The notes: generated by a model not told the origin, from the letters alone. A stretch of DNA of 64,000 nucleotides from Selaginella moellendorffii (GCF_000143415.4 NW_003314274.1:2772623-2836622); one strand, 5' to 3'. Positions 34,286-49,049 are shown, counted from the stretch's first letter. A program made the numbers and translations.

Positions 34286-36941
34286 TCTATATATATAAAT
34301 TTAATATAATATTGGAAGTTTCAAACCAAATAATGAAAAATATGCAGCTTATTCACAATGAAATATTTTAGATACTGCTCAAGCAACGGAAATAAAATTA
34401 AAAAACAAACACAATTATAAATGCAATAAGCAAATAATGGGTGGTCTTGACAAATTATTAAAAGAGATAAATCCCCATGCTAATGCATTAAAAAAATGGT
34501 AAGAAATAGAGAATGAAGTGTTAAATTCAACAAATATTCAAGGAGGCATAAGTGATATTGTAATACATATAAAAAGGAATTGGACAACTGATCCAAGATG
34601 ATATAATGCACTAGGTTCAAATGACTTTAAACATTTAGTTGTACAAAGGTGGTATTCATTGATGATTTTTTTTATTATGTCTACTATATACGATATTTTT
34701 AAAACAAAAAATATGTTCAATATGTTTTAAAATATAGTATCAAATCAATGAAATACTCTTTCTTCTATAGAACAAAAACTATATAGAACAAAGAGTATCT
34801 GATTAATTCAATACTACATTATTAAAATTAAACATAAATTTTTTTACAAAGATGGTATATAGTACACACAGTAAAAGATATACTATAAAGTTAAAAGTAG
34901 ATAAAGTAGTGATAGAAATGATATATTTTATAACTTAAAATAGAAGAGTTGAATAGCTTCAGCTATTATATCTTGTAAATAAGTTACACTTTTATAACTT
35001 TTATGATATTGCACAAATATGAGACTATATCTGAGCTAACAGACAACTCAATATGAAGAGATTCATTGATGAATATGTAATAAGTCTGTTATTTACACTA
35101 ATAATTTGTGCATTAATACATGCAAAATAGATAAATAAAATATCATTGAGACAACATTAGACACAATACAAAAGGCTACCATCTTAAAAAATGTGATTCA
35201 TCATCACTTAAAATTTTATTATTAATAAAGAAATCTATGGACCACTTTTTCATTTTCTGATATGTTATGGTTTTAGGAAAAAACAATATTATGAATCATC
35301 AATACCATAATATCAGGATAAAAACTTACCTTTCATTGAAAGATTTTAGCCTTAATGTAAATTTATATAAGAAAAAATAAAACATAAAGGTAACAATAGT
35401 AATTAATTTTAGCATTCTCTCTATATAAAAACATATACAGAAAGAATATTACTTATATAAAATATAATACTTTAATTCTTTTATAGTACTTCTAAAAAGT
35501 ATAAATGTAAATATTATGAAGGGAGAGGATATCGTATACAAATATGGAAAAAATTCTAAAATAAAAATATAATATAATTTTAGAAAATTAGTTTAAATAA
35601 ATTTTAAAAATACTAAATATAATAAAAGAAAAAATAAAAGATCTGAATTAGAATATAAATAAAATAGTTTCTATAGAAAATGATAATTTATAACTTAAAA
35701 TAGAGTAGTTAATAGTCCTAGATACTTGTGTAAAATATTTTCTTATTAGTAATCTTATATTATTTATTAGTATAAATATAAATGGAATTAAACTTATTGA
35801 GATGTCAATTGGCTAAGATGTAGTCTAAGATTTATATAATATCATAAATTTTCTACCACTTTAATCTACATCATATTTATACATGAAAAACATAATAAGG
35901 TATAAATATGATTGAGACAAAATTAGTACATGGACCATATAAAGATATTTAAATATATTATATTGAACCTTCTATATACCATTCATGAATTTTCTGATAT
36001 ATTATAGTTCTACCATAAAGAAAAGATTATATATCATCAAACCCTACTCTACCCCAGTATAGAGTAAAACATTACCATTCATTTATCATCATAAAATTTC
36101 AGCATTCATAACAGTGTTATAAAGCCTTAATTATAAATATAAATACATGAATATAGGGAGATAATAATCTTATTTCAGATTTATAAAAATAACTACAGAA
36201 ATAATGTTTATGATATATAATGGAATACTTTCTATTTTAAATATTACTCTCAAAATGCATGAATATAAATATTAGGTAAAAAGGGAATATCAATGATAAA
36301 TATGTAAAATATTATAATTTTATAAAAGAAAATATAACACATAAATCTAAAATATTTCACTTATTATCATGAAATTCCAAAACATTCAGTCTGAAATGAT
36401 GAAAAGAGAAACTCCATAACAATGTTTATATTTTTTAAATTTAAGAGATGTATGCACTTTAGGTGAGTTTTTAAATATATATTAAATATATTTTTAACAT
36501 CATTATATTTGAGTATAGTTAAGTAACACATATTGTATTAAGAAGAAAAATATAGAGTTTAATAAATCATCAAATAATATTATTTTTATCAAATATATTT
36601 ATATATTTCTAATAAAAAAATTAGTTATTAAAAGAATGACTCATCTGGCCATGGTATCCCACAGTGAGAAATTCTATTTATTGAATATCCAAGACTTCAC
36701 TCAAGAATCAGAATTTTATATATGATATAATGTACTGAGTTATATATATTATGTTATGATGTGTGTTGGTGATAGAAACAACTGTAGAAGAGATTTTTAA
36801 TATAAAGATTATGTTATGTTTAACTATATATCTTATAATTATGATTATTTTAAAAATTACAATTACGCTTACAACTCTTTGAAATTATTAAAATATAAAA
36901 AATAAAGACAATGCTCCCAGCGTAGCTGGGACTTTTGCTAG
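34286..36941 (+). mobile_element. Non-autonomous Helitron (family 1)
   Basis: A|TC start at 34286. 3' hairpin CCCAGC-GTA-GCTGGG, then CTAG|T at 36938-36941. Decayed RepHel N-terminal traces at ~34320-34630 (AAYSQ*NILDT, LLKEINPHA, DPR*YNA). Very AT-rich. Confidence 0.8.
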
Positions 36942-37781
36942 TCATCAAACTCTTTATTTAAAGTTGCTATTTTGGCATCGGCATCACATATTCCATTTTT
37001 ATCCATTTTTACTTATGGTGGATGCTCCCAATCGGATGGACTAAATCTGTGACGCTCCAAAAGAACGGTGAAGATTGTTACATGGTGGCAAAAACGGTGG
37101 TGCCTCTTGAATTCTAGATTCGTAGCTTTGGAAAGTTTAGGTTTATGAAGGAAACTAAATTTATCGAGCAAGATCCTGCAGTTCTTTCCAGATCTTGTGT
37201 AATGAAATTTGAAGCCAGGTACGGTGAATTTGTAATAAATTTTCTTCTTTCTTTTTAAAACTAATGCAATGTCGTTCTGTTGCAGTTTTCTATCGTTAAA
37301 GAATTGAAAGGCAGAGAATATATGAGTGCTGTGTTCTTGCAGTGGTCTGTGTGGAGTACAATCCTAAGATTTTGTGATTTACAGCTGTTTTACAGTTTTG
37401 GAGCCGATCAAAATAACCAGTGTTTGTTTAATGAGAACTGACACATTCTCAAACGGAGATTGTAAGGTGTTGCCGCGTTCCTGGATGGGAACTCTTCTGT
37501 TGTAACGTCCAGTTGGGACTTGGTAATTCTTTCCTCTCCATCTTAGAATTTGATCCAGTGTTTCTAAAAAGATGCTAAACTTACCATGACGGTTGAATCT
37601 CTGGCAGCTATGGCTAGAGTGTGAGCGCAGGGATAGCTCTTGGTGGACATGAAGCTTGGAAGGGACAATTTTTACACTTTACTTCCATCGGTGGGAGTTG
37701 AGTCAAGAAGAACCGATCCATCACAGCCCTGAAGAACAGCAAAGTTAGCAGACCAGAATTTAAATCTTGCAAAGCTCTCCT

Positions 37782-38009
37782 GTCAACGAAACAGTCGTGG
37801 AAGTGCAAGTGAAGAACTCCTGCTGGTATCGTCCTCTCCCAATCGGTGTGCTTGCTAAGGGTGTCCCTGATGATCCTCTCGGCTTAAGTACAGGATCTCG
37901 AGTAACTGTGGTAGCCATTCTTGTGTACTCCACTCTCATCATGAGCCAAAACGCCCAAGCTCAGAGACAGCAGAAGCAAAACCAAAATGTTCCCTCTCCA
38001 ACTTCCCAT
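37782..38009 (-). pseudogene. Class III peroxidase first-exon fragment
   Basis: Signal peptide, then YSRSCT*AERIIRD...IPAGVLHLHFHDCFVD. Has an in-frame stop and no downstream exons. Confidence 0.85.
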
Positions 38010-38835
38010 CCTCAGGTATTGCAGCTTGGCATGTCTTCTTCCTCCTTGAATTTTCTTGGCAGTGATCGATGATCCGAAGATGAGCATCGTTCTGTGATGA
38101 AATGGGCCACTGATACAAGGCTCTTATAATCCAAGCTAAGTCGTCATAAACCGTGTCTGCTGCCTCTGATAAGTGTTTCCATCCTTAAGAAATCCTTTGA
38201 CATGGTCCAAATACAGGGAAGCTAGCGCTCATAATTTGACGAAGTTCAACCTCTGTACAAGAAATAGGAAAATTCAACCAACTAAAGAAAGGTTCTGAAA
38301 CATAGGACATATGTCTGTAGGCTGCGTTTTCTATTCCATTTCCAAGCTTTCACTTTGTTGTGTTTGTTAAGCTTTTTCTTTTTCTTCTTCTTCACGATGT
38401 TCTTGCCCTTCTTTTTCTTCTTGTTTTTCTTCTTTTGGTCTATGATGCTCAATGGTCAATGCTAAATGTATAATGGGTAACGAGATATGAGTCCGATAAG
38501 CTTGCCAATTTGAAATCTTCATTGTTGTCCATTACTTCGTTGCTGGCTACAGGTTAGTATTTATAATTTGTGATATTATTACTTTATCTGGTGTTTGTAG
38601 GAGGACTGCCTTGGATCCCAACAACACAGTTTCTTGCTACAACAGAGGCCATGAATTTTCGAATCTGTAAGAATTTAAAAAATTCTGTACTTATAAAAGA
38701 AAAAAGTACTATACTGAACTGTACCTTGATCTTAGTGAATCAAAATAGCTTTTTTCCTTGCTATGGAATATGTCCAGGTGTGGCACTTGTTTTTGTTCTC
38801 TACCTACCTGCTTTATTCCTATTGTGTAGTACTAT

Positions 38836-38925
38836 TATAGCAAAGACCCCAGCTCCGCTGGGAGATATAACATACTCAAGATAAATAAATCTTATTTTCT
38901 AATTTTACAAAGTTAGACATTTTGA
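38836..38925 (-). mobile_element. Helitron 3' terminus (family 2), minus strand
   Basis: Reverse complement of ...tatctcccagcggagctggggtctttgctat; matches 48290-48373 and 58920-59001. Confidence 0.75.
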
Positions 38926-39449
38926 TTGTTTACAAGGTTAAAAAAAAATTTGTGTGTGTGTGTAATGAGGGAGGTCTTCCCTGCAGGGCGCTGTGGAACC
39001 ACCAGGACCTAGTGGGTGAAGGCACTCCTCTCTGGGGGGGATGCCTACGCACATTATCACACTGCTGCCACCCACACAAAGAATGGGTATTCAACTGTAC
39101 CTTCACACGCTACTTTTGAAAATTGCAAGCCTTTTTGGTGCAGTGAGGGAAGAGTAAAATGTTCTAGATGAGAAAAAAAAAAAAAAAAAAACAAAAGAGT
39201 GAAGTGGCGATCCACTGTAAATTTTCTCTCTCTCTCTCTCTCACACACACACACCTGATTTTTATATCTGACATCAGTAGCACTAAAGAGGAGGAAAATT
39301 CTCTACTGGGACAGAGAGAATAACTACCACATATTTACATGATTCAGAGTCTGCCAAGCATGGAATTTAAGCCAGCCTTTGTGAAAGTTAACAGTGAATG
39401 ATATGGTGTAAGCTTTGCATTGCTTACTTGTTGCTTATTGCTTAGCAGG

Positions 39450-40556
39450 ATTACTGGAGGAGAAGAGATGACTTGCGACAGGCCACCTATAGTCTCCATG
39501 GTTTATGTCAAGTACATAGCTTGATTATGCAAAGTGACTGTTGATATAATATGCTTCTTTCAGTCTGCTGCAACGTAAATGGTATTAAGCATTTTTTAAA
39601 GGTTTTGAAGTACTTGTTTTGACATGACATGGGATGCCAGGTGTAGGGGTTTTGGAGCTTTTTAGGCGCTGAAACAAGCTGGTTGTAAGCCAGATTGCAT
39701 GATTTGTACTACACTAATCTCAACGTTGTTCAATAGCTCTTAAGATGGATCTTATCTTTCAAGCAAGAAATTTTGGTCCTGTCCTTCGTTGGAGTAACTC
39801 AGTTATAGCGCAGGTTTTCCGTGAAATGGAAAGTGTTTGTGTTGAAGCCAGCTTTCTTACATATGGAGCAATCATCGATGGCTGCACCCAAACTGGCGAA
39901 CTCGCTATTGCTTTTGGAATTTACAGGATCATGCTCTCAAAGGTTTATGCCATTTGATTCAACAATTAGCAGCAACTTTATCGTGTTCCCCTTTCGCAGG
40001 TTAGAAAATAAAATCCGATTGAGTCATTTTCAAGTAGCTAATCAAAGCTTCGGTCAGGAGCAGTGAAAAGAGCATTAGAGGTCTTCACAGAGTTGAAGTC
40101 TGAAAGTCCTATAGATCCAAATCACGCCATAATGTGTTTTCTCATGGACGCATGCTCAAAAGCAGGAGATGTAAGTGGTTTTATGATTTCTGTGGCTTTG
40201 TTGTGACAGCCAAATTTTTCAGGGAAACTCCGTAGTTTACACCATGATGCACAAGTGTGGAATCCAAGGATCCCTGGAGCCTTATACAGCAGCTGTTCAT
40301 GCATGCAGCAATCATTTTCCATCTACAATGACATGAAGGAAGAACATGTGAAACCAGATGAGGTAATGATTTGTGATCTAATTTCATTTTGTGTGTTTAC
40401 TTGATTTTCATTGTGCAGGTTTTCTTTAGTGTTTTGATTGATGTTGCTGGCCATGGTGGTAAATTTGACAGCACTTTTGTATTACAAGAAGTTGAAAAGT
40501 ACTCTCTTATTCTTGGTGATGTGATATTCAGCTCCCTAACAGGAGTCTCTAGCACG
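39450..40556 (+). pseudogene. MRL1: PPR protein MRL1-like gene fragment with introns retained
   Basis: KPDCMICTTLIST; VEASFLTYGAIIDGC..GELAIAFGIY; PIDPNH; MKEEHVKPDE|VFFSVLIDVAGH match MRL1 in order. Contains stops and frameshifts. Confidence 0.75.
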
Positions 40557-40896
40557 TGAGTCACTACAATGTTATTGCTTTGAACTTGATGAAATATTTC
40601 ATGGCCAGACAGGGATATTTCTTTAATAAAATAATATTTTATAAATGCATTAAAATTAAATATCAATAATATATATCTGAAAGTTTATAGAATTTTTATA
40701 AAATATGTTAGTTATTTATGTTTTAGCTGAAACATTATCTCATCTTAATGAAACTGAAGTTCATAAATACCTAAACTTTTATAGAGTATATACTTTCAAT
40801 TAAATTAGCTTTTATAGTTTTTTTATTTTAATAGATATCCAGTTTGCAAAATATTTAAACTCATTTCTTGAAGTTGTCCATGATTAAAAATAGTTA

Positions 40897-40922
40897 CTAG
40901 CAGGGATCCCAGCTCCGCTGGA
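40897..40922 (-). mobile_element. Helitron 3' terminus, minus strand
   Basis: Minus strand reads CCAGCGGAGCTGGGATCCCTGCTAG|T. Confidence 0.75.
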
Positions 40923-42789
40923 AAAAAGTAAAGAATGTTTTCAATATGAAAAAATGCAATCATACATACTTTGGGTTAGAACAACACATTTAAAAAAAAA
41001 AATAATAGAACAATGACTTATGATGTTCGTCACTGCACAGAAACTTTGCAGGTGCAAAATGCAGCTTCAGCACTTGCATCCACTCTAGCCGTGTCAAAGA
41101 GGGGAAGAAATTATTGGCAAAGATCCTGGGATTATCCTTTTCTAAGTTTGGTAGTTGACAATTTGTCAAAAAAGAATGGGAGAGTCTCTCTTTGCATTCT
41201 CCCCACCACCAGTAAGTCTTTTAGCAATTCAATGAGCTCTTCATTAGTCTTTGCAACTAAGTTGATTAAGAATACCTTCAAAACCAAGAGAAAGAGTATA
41301 CATCTATAAGTTCAATTACCAGATTCTGGCAACCAGCTCTGGACTCTCAAGAATCTAGAAAAAAAAAAACTTCACTTACTTCTGTTGTCACTACTCCTGT
41401 AAAGGGTCATAGTCTAAACTCCAATCATGAAATTAAGAAGTTCTTTGATGCAACTTGTCTGATCAGAAAACATTAGAAGAGGATTGTTATGGCCCAAGTG
41501 TTGTCGAAGTTGGGTGGCTCAGAAAGGTTGCACAAGTCACTTAGTTCCGGAGGTAGATCCTCTTGTTATATGGCACCACAAACACAATGGTCATCTGGAT
41601 GCTTGTCTTACTCTTTGCATTTTTTTTGAACAATGCTTCAAGGTACAACTGGAGAAATTTGCTAGAGATGCTCATCTTATACATATTATATGTTATGTAA
41701 ATCTGTCTATTCTTTAATTCTTTTAAAGGCATCTCGTTCGTTCTCACTCATCACGTACTATTGATGATGGAAGTGAGGCATGGGAGGCCACTATGTGTAG
41801 CTCCAAGACATGTGTCATACTAACCTTCCCTAAGTTGCATGAGTAGTTGATGTTTCACATATATCTTAGTATTATCTGGCGCACTGAAACAAAGTGGCAT
41901 TGACAATGAGGTAGCCAATGAACTTACATGTGACTTAAGTTGTGTAGACCGGGAAAAAATGGTGAAAGAAATCTATCCAAGAGCTTTTAACTCATGATCC
42001 AATCTTAACAGCAATCCAGGTGGCTTGAAGTACTTGTTTGTTGTGATCACAACTTTCTCAAGCAGAGAATTTGAATTATCTGAGAAGAATCTGAGTAGTC
42101 ATCTGGCTTGATGGGACAACACATTTGCAGTTGAAAATAACAGGAACAAATGTGATGAATTTAACTATGTTCTATGCCTCGTAGATCTTATTAGTGAAGC
42201 CCTCTAAAGCAAGGCCAAGGCCTATTCTCTGTGTTGTATTTATCCTGAAATCCTGACATAAGAACAAAGTCAGATTCCAAAAACTTTTACTGAGTTTGAC
42301 ATGGCAGCATTGTTTTCTACACGCCTGGGAGTGACCCTCTCCTTCTCTAAGCCACACATCCACCAGGCTCCCACACAACTTAAGCACCGTGGAGAGGCTT
42401 ATGGCAAAACCATCACAAACAAACAACTCCAGAACCACCTCCTTGCCAATCCCAGCATCAGTGACATCTATGACACAGCACTGTGGCAAGCCATCTTGTC
42501 AAAGCTGGCTGAGAATCCACCAAGTTTCCACATTTCATGTACATGCCCTGTTTATCAATTTTTCTTATACTATATACCATTGGATGCATTAGAATCAATT
42601 TTGGCTTGTTGGAAATTGTCTTTACGAATGTTAACAGTTAGAATGAACACTACATTACTGAAATCAATGCCATGAACCACTAAAATAGTGACTCGTCTTT
42701 TAAATCTGCTATGTAAACCTGTGAAAAAAAAACTAAAGAAACTACCTGATGCAAACACAGAGTGCAGCTTGTTTTGTATCAGCTTAAGT

Positions 42790-44400
42790 TCTTATTCCTC
42801 ATCATACCACGGGTCTGCTGCTCACACCACTCTGATAACCGAGCCCAGTGATCGATCTCTCCAAGAACATCCTCTTGTTAAATCCATCAAACTCGCAGTT
42901 TCCACCTGTGAGTAGAATCATCCCATCCATAACTCGGCTGACGAGTTAGTTTGGCACTCTCCTCATGGCAATGGATGCCATTTCTCCCACTTCTGCCTGA
43001 TCTACAGGCTGGAAGAATATCTCTGAATCGTTCCACACCAAGTACTATTTGGTAGTCCTTCTCAGTAAGAGGCTGTTGTATTACAAACTCTGGCACTATT
43101 TCCTGCAGTCCGGGTGGTGGCGCTGAAGTATATGAAAGATCAATTTCCTGGAAGTAAAGCAGTTAGAAAGGGAAAAGAAAAGTAGTGACGAAAGTGATAT
43201 ACCTTGAGTTTCGAGGTTAGACGACTGAGTTCTGCTTCATCTTCATCTACATCTTCTTCTACTTCTTCTTTGTAGTCTCTGTCCATTTGCTTGTACATAT
43301 GCCAGTCCTCATCATTCATGCCAAAAGTGTCTTCGTCCAAAGGTTGCTTGCATTAAGAGTTTCATTTGTTCTCTCTACACGGCAGTCAGCCTTTCACTTT
43401 TGACCGTGAGTCTGCAACTACAGTACCATGGCCGTTGGTTGTGCAAACTTTCTGCTGTTTTCTTTGGTCTACCTTTGTTGAAACTTCACAATGCCTGGCC
43501 TTCAACTCCTCTAGATACTTCTCCAGGTTTTCCTATGATGAGAAAGAGTTGTAAATATTTAGAAAGAAAAAGATGTAAAAGATGTACAAGCGATACTCTT
43601 CTTCCATTTGTTGCTTGTGCTCTCTCTGCAGGGACTCTTCTTAACATCTTTGCCTTGCTCAAATGTGTCTATCAAGTGCACAATCCCGATTTTTTGGGTT
43701 TTCTGCCAGTGGTGCTGTTGTTTTTAAAAAAATCTTTGCTTTTTCGCTTCAATTGCCAATGCCAAGCACACAACAGCTGACAAAAAGAAAATTTGATATA
43801 CACAACTGTTCCTTGAATAAAAGGCTTTCTGCATTTTCGAGCAGAGGGTACTTTTGTGATGCTAGAATGTCACCACTATTCACTATCTTTTAACACCTTA
43901 ATGCTTTCTCCGTTAGCTTTACATATACTACTTCAATCAGTATAGATCCCGAAAAAGGTTCTTCAAGTATTCCGCCTCATTTTCTAAATCAATAAGCTTT
44001 GAGGATAGTTTTGCTGCTGCCATTTCTTGAAGCCGCTATCACTGCTTTTCTCTCAAAGCTGCCAGTTCATCCTCCCCAGGCTGCTCTTTTTTAGGTGGCA
44101 GTATCCATGGCACCTACCACCATCTCGTTTTCACTAATGCCTAGGGAGATTATAACTGATGAAATAAATTGCTACAACATTGACACACCGAACTGCTTAC
44201 CTAAAATAGTTTTAGCTCTGCAGTATAGTCAACTGTAATGCAGCTATTCTCTGTTTTTCAAAAACCACATGTGGTAGTTATGCTATATTCAATCAAATCG
44301 CTATGGACTTACAGATATTGAAGGCACAAAAAGCACTTTAGATAATCAGAGACATGAAAGCCTCCTACCGATTTTCTGCAGCATACTTCCATAATAGGCT
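42790..44400 (-). pseudogene. ARP5: Actin-related protein 5 (INO80 subunit) gene fragment
   Basis: VPWILPP..REKQ**RLQEMA; DTFGMNDEDWHMYK..DEDEAELSRL; PLTEKDYQIVLGVERFR; AADP. Contains stops and deletions; N-terminus is missing. Confidence 0.8.
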
Positions 44401-44544
44401 CCTTAATAGATATCTAACACAATACGAGTTTTGAACTTACAACAAAAGCAAAAACTAACAGAGAAACCATCAGTGTATTGGTATAATATGAGTTGTAGCA
44501 AACAAGTATACCATCAGAATTGCACGTGTGTGTGTGCGTGTGCT

Positions 44545-44549
<5 letters not shown>

Positions 44550-44584
<35 letters not shown>

Positions 44585-45005
44585 ACGCACCTGTCCAGTC
44601 GATTACAGTGTCAATCCATAAGGGTGCGAGAACTGGATTGCTGGCCGCGATGGTGGCAAAATCCAGCACCGCCGGCTTGATCCCTGCGATCCAATATTTG
44701 GACTGGATCCCGATCCGTAGGAGATGGCATCGAGGGAATCCCTCACAGAGCTGGATAGCTGGAAGCTTGTGACGTCCTCACTGCAGCAATCATGGCGGGG
44801 GAGCGCCACCATCGCCAGCCACCTGTGTGCCGACGCCAGGTTCTTGTGGCACCAGGATCTCTTTTGGTGCGTTGCTCATCACCATCCCCAGTGCCATGGA
44901 AGATTGATAGGGGAGAGAGAGAGAGAGAGGGAGAGAGAGAGAGAGAGCACGCGAGAGAGAGCATGCACCTGTCCAGTTGGTTACAGTGTCAATCCATAAG
45001 GGTGC
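44550..45005. repeat. Two (GA)n microsatellites, each followed by the same ~45-bp segment
   Basis: gcacctgtccagtyg..tacagtgtcaatccataagggtgc at ~44587 and ~44965. Confidence 0.8.
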
Positions 45006-45036
45006 AAGAATTGATCACGTCCACAATCAGTACAAA

Positions 45037-45309
45037 TATGAAACCCTCAGATACAAAGAGCCATAATAACTGTTTTTAAGAAAGTATTACATCTAAACCT
45101 TTGATTTGACAAATCGAAGGGTAAGAGAATATCTGTCCCCCGATGCCAATAGCACTTTTAAATAAAGAAGTATGAAACCCTCAGATACAAAGAGCCATAA
45201 TAACTGTTTTTAAGAAAGTATTACATCTAAACCTTTGATTTGACAAATCAAAGGGTAAGAGAATATCTGTCCCCCGATGCCAATAGCACTTTTAAATAAA
45301 GAAGTATGA
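45037..45309. repeat. Near-perfect tandem duplication, 134-bp unit
   Basis: Units start at 45037 and 45171; one mismatch seen (aatcgaagg vs aatcaaagg). Confidence 0.95.
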
Positions 45310-48300
45310 TATAGAGAAAAGTTATGAGTAAATCTATGTTCTCCATAAAATTATTATTAAACATCAAGAGTTAGTAACTATTAATGTGGAGTAAATTTTA
45401 AATATTTAAAATTTAAAATTGAGTTAAATTTATATATATAATTCTTTTAGTGCTATTGGTTCATGAGTTTTAGACATGTTGATTAGAAATTGCTAGACAT
45501 TAGCATTTTTAATTTAAGGTATCTAGATAGTGGACATGAAATGAAAGTGTTAAAAATGGGTTTCACAACATGACAAAATGTAAAAATATTGTAACCAAGT
45601 ACCAAAAAGTGAATTTGTATATTAATAATTAACAATTTAAAATTTATCCAGAAAAAGTTTTTTACTTAAACATCAGATAATGGATTTGGTGTTGAGAACA
45701 TAGAAGAAAATTTAAAAGACATATTAGAACAAATATTAGGGATTAGCTTATTTTTTCCTATTTAAAAAAATATTTAGTGATTTATAATTTTTTTAATTTA
45801 TATGTTATTTTTATAGTTTTTATTTTAAAATAAATATTTTTATTTGTATTACATGTATATAATGGTATATCATTTCTATGGAACTATATTATTGATGTCT
45901 TTTATAATATATTAGACCTTAATTTATTCTTATTTTCTATTCTTTAAATTTTAGATTCCGTTGTTCTAATTTTTAAAATAGGATAATGACAAATTACAGA
46001 GGATAAAACGCATTAATAACATTTTGTTCATAAATGATAGGCTTGATACAACAATGTAAATATAAAATAAAATAACCTCATGTTTAATTATATAATTATT
46101 AATTACTATAAAACATTTAATAATGTACTATATAGAAAAGATAATAATATTAATATGAACATATCAATGTGTTAGATGTTAGTATGTTTGTAATCATGTC
46201 CTTCTTTATATTATTTGATAAATAATAAGTAGTATTGCATAATTATTTATTATGGTATTGTTAAAATTAAAGTTTCAAGATTTTTAGTGATATATGATTT
46301 TTAATGTTTTGCTAGACACAATCTTTACTAAAATTGTTTAATGTTTTAAAATTTTTTAATGTGTTTGAAATGATAACTTGCATATAGAGCTTACTAGCAT
46401 GATATCACCTAATTATAATATTAATGAAGTATGGTTTATTATTTTCAACATTGTTCCTATGAATCTGGATATTTAATTGAGAGCTATTCTACTACATTAT
46501 AGCCTAATCACTTTTACCAAGAAGTTCATATAAACCAGACTTTTTAGTATTTTAAAATTGTATTTCTACAAGTTTTCCTTCTCTTTATTTTAAGTTTTTC
46601 TTTCACAAGTATATTTTCTCTTCATCATTTAATTTTCATAGTAATCTTAGTGTTGCAAAATGTATTACACATTCTTGATCTAATACTAAAGCATGTTCTG
46701 GTTGGAAAGGCTTTTGAGGTGTATTAATATTTTATATTTTAAAAAAATTTATTCTCTATATTTTCCAGAGGATCTTGCAAATATGACACATAATTGTGCT
46801 CTATTTGGAAACAATTAACTTCTGTATTTCATTTAAACTTAAGTTACCCTTATGAAAAAACTGGATATTTTAGTCATGCTTAGGTAACAACTCTCAGGGA
46901 TTGACATAATACAATTGCAGAGCAATAACAAAATATTTATATAATATATGTGTCAGTATTTTAAGTAAAGATAAAATGTATGTAAAGATGTTGAAAAATT
47001 ATATAATTTTATGAGCAAGAAGATTAATAGAAAATATATAAGAGGTAGATACTTTTTAAGATATTACTATGAAATGGATTTCATATTTGTATGTATATTA
47101 GATAGTTTATACTTATTAGATACCAAGAACCATTCTCTATTTCCGTGAGGTTTAATATAAACATGGTAGCAATTTGTATAAACTTACTTAGTGAGTTCAA
47201 TATTAATGCAGAGCTCAAGTAGTGAATTTGAATATTAAAATATAAGAATTTCATATTAGGCTTGTAGAAAGTTATTAGTTCAGAACCAGATAATGGATTT
47301 GGTATTTGAAGCAAGAAATAAAATATAAAGATGTTCCTACTCTTTTGAAATACATAATATTATTAATATTAAAAAAATTTATATCTCCAGGTGGATGGTA
47401 AACTAAAGCTTTAATATTTTACTTTATCTTTCCTCATCTTCCATGATTTGTCATGGCAAAGTATTATTTCTACATTGGCACAATTAGCTTTTAATATTAT
47501 TTATCTATTATATAAAAATAAAAGCCTGTCAATACACTAGCAAAAAAGTAAAAAAGAAGCACCAGAAGCTTTTTAGATCCTTTATACATACCCAAATAAA
47601 ACAAAACTTTTGGCACAAGTAATAGCAAATAAGGGACAGTTTTTCTTTCATGTATATAAAATGTATAAAGAATTTGGTGGTTCTCACTCACCATATAACT
47701 ATAGTTTGAATATTTCTTTTAGAGTATTGCATAATTAAAACTTTTATAGAAAAATTACATTATCTTCTTATGTTGCAAATAACTATTCTACATTTCTTAG
47801 GTTTGCTCAATTTATAATTTCTCAATATGTCTAGAACTATTCTCTATTGCCATTGGTATTGGTAGAAATCTGGATAAATTTGCTTATGCATGTTTTTAAA
47901 TGCAAAACGAGATACATAATAGAAATTCTATTATTCTTTAGTAAACTATAAATTTTAAAGGCATCATTACAATTCAGGTAATAAAGAAGTTAACTCAGTA
48001 CACAATTAAATTTATAACTTCACCAAACCAGTTATAAAACCTATTATTCTTTGGTATAATTCTTTGATTTTGTGAAAACTCAATTTTTTTTAAAGGTTGG
48101 CAACAATCTTGTGGATGTGTTTAGGGTTGTGCACCTTTTTGAAAAGGCAATAAAAAAAACTCAAATTTAAATTTCATGATGATAAATAAATGATTTTATC
48201 TTCCTTAACACATGCATTATTATCTAATTGCATTATTAGAGCAAAGTATTACTCTAGAGATGTTTATCTCAACACTGTATACAATAAAAATTTCTAACAT

Positions 48301-48373
48301 TCTAAAATTAGAAAAGAAGATCTATTTATCTTGGGTATGTTATATCTCCCAGCGGAGCTGGGGTCTCTGTTAA
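45310..48373 (+). mobile_element. Non-autonomous Helitron (family 2), 5' boundary uncertain
   Basis: AT-rich. Ends CCCAGCGGAGCTGGGGTCTCTGTTAA (decayed CTAG). 46300-48350 is homologous to 51250-52800. Confidence 0.65.
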
Positions 48374-49049
48374 TCAAACTCTTTATTTAAAGTTGCTATT
48401 TTGGCATCGGCGTCACATATTCCATTTTTAGAATATCCATTTTTTCTTATGGCAGATGCTCTTGATTCAACAATCCAGATCTGTGATGCTCCAAAGCAAT
48501 GGTGAGGATTGTGACATGGTGGCAAAGAGCTTGGTTTTAGGTTTAAGAAACGGTTATTATGGCTGTTCACAAGCCACCAGTGACTTGTGAACCTCTAGAT
48601 ATTACGCTACAAACCATCTGTGGGTATGCGCCATGGAATTTTTTGGGAGTCTTGACTCTTTTCTTTCATTTGTTGTGATGTCTAGGCCATTTTCTTCTCA
48701 CAAACTTGCTCCTGGACAAAATGATGGAGACTGCCAACGAAAGTGGCATCAAGTGAAGAATTGTCAATCTCTCCTCCACCACACACATCACCTCTTACAG
48801 TGGTGGAATCCAGTTCTCACATCTTAATGACAAAGCCTGGTACACCAAACGATTTTCTTTTCTTATGAGCTTACATTCTTTCTTTTTTCTTCCAAAAGGT
48901 ACTCCGACACTAGAGCATACAGTCAATCCAAGCTCGTGAACATCCTCCATGCCAAAGAACTGGCAATGAGATTCAAGGTATTTGTCTAATGCTTTGAAAT
49001 CTCTCCCACCTTTCTCTTTCGTCAATGCTTTCTCTTTCGCTGATTATGC

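Noticed and set aside
41000-42780. Further gene-like fragments (also 37000-37700, 38040-38300, 48600-49040 and 61080-62200)
   Set aside because: They look like decayed exons but I could not assign a family.
39450-44400. Functional MRL1 and ARP5 genes
   Set aside because: In-frame stops, frameshifts and missing termini; recorded as fragments.
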